Source: Mobula hypostoma (Eukaryota). Taken from it: a stretch of 64,000 nucleotides of DNA. How positions within the stretch are numbered: position 1 is the first letter of the stretch; each line of letters opens with the position of its first letter. A program made the translations under genes and the position numbers. Shown here piece after piece: positions 61,462 to 64,000 of the stretch. Location of the stretch: the NCBI RefSeq assembly GCF_963921235.1, contig NC_086120.1:24862001-24926000 (forward strand). The letters run 5' to 3'. The notes under the pieces were generated by a model. The model saw only the letters and a list, made by a program, of their open reading frames with translations. It made no database searches and was not told the DNA's origin.

Positions 61462-62245
61462 ACTGAGAAGTGGCAGATGGAGTTCAACCCAGAGAAGTGT
61501 GAGGTGGTACACTTTGGAAGGACAAACTCCAAGGCAGAGTACAAAGTAAATGGCAGGATACTTGGTAGTGTGGAGGAGCAGAGGGATCTGGGGGTACATG
61601 TCCACAGATCCCTGAAAGTTGCCTCACTGGTAGATAGGGTAATTAAGAAAGCTTATGGGGTGTTAGCTTTCATAAGTCGAGGGACAGAGTTCAAGAGTCG
61701 AAGGGTAATGATGCAGCTCTATGAAACTCTGGTGAGGCCACACTTTGAGTACTGTGTCCAGTTCTGGTCACCTCACTATAGGAAGGATGTGGAAGCATTG
61801 GAAAGGGTGCAGAGGAGATTTACCAGGATGCTGCCTGGTTTAGAGAATATGCATTATGATCAGAGATTAAGGGAGCTAGGGCTTTACTCTCTGGAGAGGA
61901 GGAGGATGAGAGGAGACATGATAGAGGTGTACAAGATAATAAGAGGAATAGATAGAGTGGATAGCCAGCGCCTCTTCCCCAGGGCACCACTGCTCAATAC
62001 AAGAGGACATGGCTTTAAGGTAAGGGGTGGGAAGTTCAAGGGGGATATTAGAGGAAGGTTTTTTACTCAGAGAGTGGTTGGTGTGTGGAATGCACTGTCT
62101 GAGTCAGTGGTGGAGGTAGATACACTAGTAAAGTTTAAGAGACTACTAGACAGGTATATGGAGGAATTTAAGGTGGGGGGTTATATGGGAGGCAGGGTTG
62201 GCACAACGTTCTGGGCCGAAGGCCCTGTACTGTCCTATGTTCTAA
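61462..62245 (+). mobile_element. CR1 LINE 3' fragment with uninterrupted ORF2 C-terminus
   Basis: WQMEFNPEKCEVVHFG...LVRPHFEYCVQFWSP...FFTQRVVGVWNAL. Confidence 0.95.
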
Positions 62246-63127
62246 AACCTTCCCACCCACTATGTAGACTGATAATAAATTTTACTTTGAACAAGGCATA
62301 GGAGTACTCTCCACCACTCTAGTTAAGTGCAGCCCTAACAGCTCTCAAGAAGGTCAACACCAGCCAGGGCAAGTTTGGTTACCAAACCAAACATTTATTT
62401 CTTCCACTATACTGCTGTGGAGCCCTTCAGCCCATTTGCCTGTGCTGGCTGTGAAAGCTCACCACTTACTTCCAAAGCCCTGAAAATTCTCCCAATTCAA
62501 GGATCTAGCAATGTGAAGGTTGTAGTTGGTCGGGCAGGTAGCAGCGGATTCAATTCTGGAGACAGGGGATTCTGGAGTTGGGGAGTTCCATGTTTGGATA
62601 TGCCTGCTCTGAGATCTCAAGCTTGTGTACATTTAGATGGATAAACGTGCCCTGGAACTGCAAGATTCAGCCCAATTGAATCTACTTCATCACCCTTCAA
62701 ACAATGCACTTTGGACAGCTGGCAGAGCTACTACTCGAGTCTCAACCTGTGCTGTCCATGTGCAATCTGCAGGTTTTTCTGTGACAGTGCGGGCTTCCTC
62801 CACGTGCTCCACTTTCCAAACACACCCCAAAGGCAGGCAAGCTGGGAGGTCAGTTCTTGCATGCAGGTGACTGCTGGAAGCTGGGAGGGGATGAGAATGG
62901 GGGGGGGGGGGAGAGGAATTGACGAAAGTTCCTGGTCAAAAACCCTGAAGCACATCCTTCCCTACCCCCCCCCCACCCCACCACAGACACTGCTCAGCCC
63001 CTGCTGAGTTCCTTCAGCAGACTGCTGTTGCTTCAGGTTTCAGCACCTGCAGTTTCCTCTGTCACCACTAACATTTTTGCATTTTGTTCCGAAATCTTGA
63101 GTATTAAAAAAAATACTGAAGAATTAC

Positions 63128-63410
63128 AGGGCGGTATGGCGGCAGAGCAGTTAGCCTAACAGTTTTACAGCGCTGCTGATCGCCAGTCAGAGTTCGATTC
63201 CTGCCACGGCCTGTAAGGAGTTTGCAATGCTCACCCTGGGCGCTCTGCTTTCCTCCCACATTCCAAAGATGCACGGGTTAGGGTTAGTCAGCTGTGGGCA
63301 CACTATGTTGGCACCAGAAATGTGGCACAATCCTCACTGGTTTGATTTGAAGCAAACAACACATTTCACCGCCTGTTTCGATGTAATGTGACAAATAAAG
63401 CTAATCTTAC
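63128..63410 (+). mobile_element. tRNA-derived SINE (V-SINE-like)
   Basis: A/B-box-like head (ggcagagcagttagc...gagttcgattcc), central domain and acaaataaagctaatctt end. Confidence 0.75.
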
Positions 63411-63512
63411 CTAAACTGGAAATGCTGCTGTGCAAATGGATCTGAGTTTGCAGCATGCAGCCTTTGAAAGCTAATATGTGGATGCAGCTGTTAGTTAGGA
63501 AGGAAAATTGTA

Positions 63513-64000
63513 AGCAACACACACACAACATGCTGGAGGAACTCAGCAGGCCAGGCAGCATCTGTGGAAAAGAGTAAACTGTTGACGTTTCGGGCTGAAA
63601 CCTTCATCAGGACTGGAGGGAGAAAAAGATGAGAAGTCAGAGTAAGAAGGTGGGGGGGGGGAGAGGAAGAAGCACAAATTGGTAGGGGATAGGTGAAAGC
63701 CGGAGAGGGGGAGCTGTGAAGTAAAGAGCTGGGAAGTTGGTGAAAGAGATAAATGGCTGGAGAAGGGCAAATCTGAAGGGAGAGGACAGAAGACCATGGA
63801 AGGAAGGGAAGGGGGAGGAGCACCAGAGGGAGGTGATGGGCAGGTAAGGAGATAAGGTGACAGAGGGAAACAGGAATGGGGAATGGTGAAGGACAATTAC
63901 TGTGAGTTCGAGAAATCGATGTTCATGTCATCAGGTTGGAGGCTACCTACATGGAATATAAGGTGTTGTTCCTCCAACCTGAATGTGGCCTCGTCACGGC
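63513..64000 (-). mobile_element. Penelope-like element 3' end (continues beyond window)
   Basis: Hammerhead-like agtcctgatgaaggtttcagcccgaaacgtc (minus, ~63584-63614), a pyrimidine-rich region and the GIY-YIG C-terminus (RLEEQHLIFHVGSLQPDDMN). Confidence 0.88.

Noticed and set aside
1-64000. CRISPR arrays, operons or other prokaryotic/phage systems
   Set aside because: The sequence is intron-containing vertebrate DNA. The recurring motifs are dispersed transposon ends, not regularly spaced repeats.

Overview
This is eukaryotic (vertebrate) genomic DNA. The repeat landscape (Penelope-like elements with hammerhead motifs, CR1/HER1-type and Rex1/Babar LINEs, V-SINE-like elements, Tigger/Charlie/Tc1 transposons) points by inference to a cartilaginous fish, probably a ray. 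Two multi-exon genes lie head-to-head, as on human 19p13. BABAM1 (MERIT40; minus strand, 8 coding exons, 27658->8099, 463 aa) includes a U12-type intron, a 25-nt microexon and a large N-terminal SQ/TQ-rich expansion. An MCC-family coiled-coil gene, USHBP1/MCC2, lies on the plus strand (at least 13 coding exons, ~34617->60510, ~650-700 aa, ending in a PDZ-binding motif). A third ZNF143-motif promoter at ~3300-3560 probably drives an unidentified minus-strand gene that leaves the window. Most remaining sequence is transposon-derived. The most notable observations are a 22-site S/T-Q cluster in BABAM1, a Gypsy LTR element whose pol is replaced by a processed RBM25 mRNA fragment, and a family of ~200-250 bp fold-back elements made of inverted hammerhead-bearing Penelope termini with 10-18 bp target-site duplications (TSDs). 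All homology calls come from my recognition of the sequences, not from database searches.
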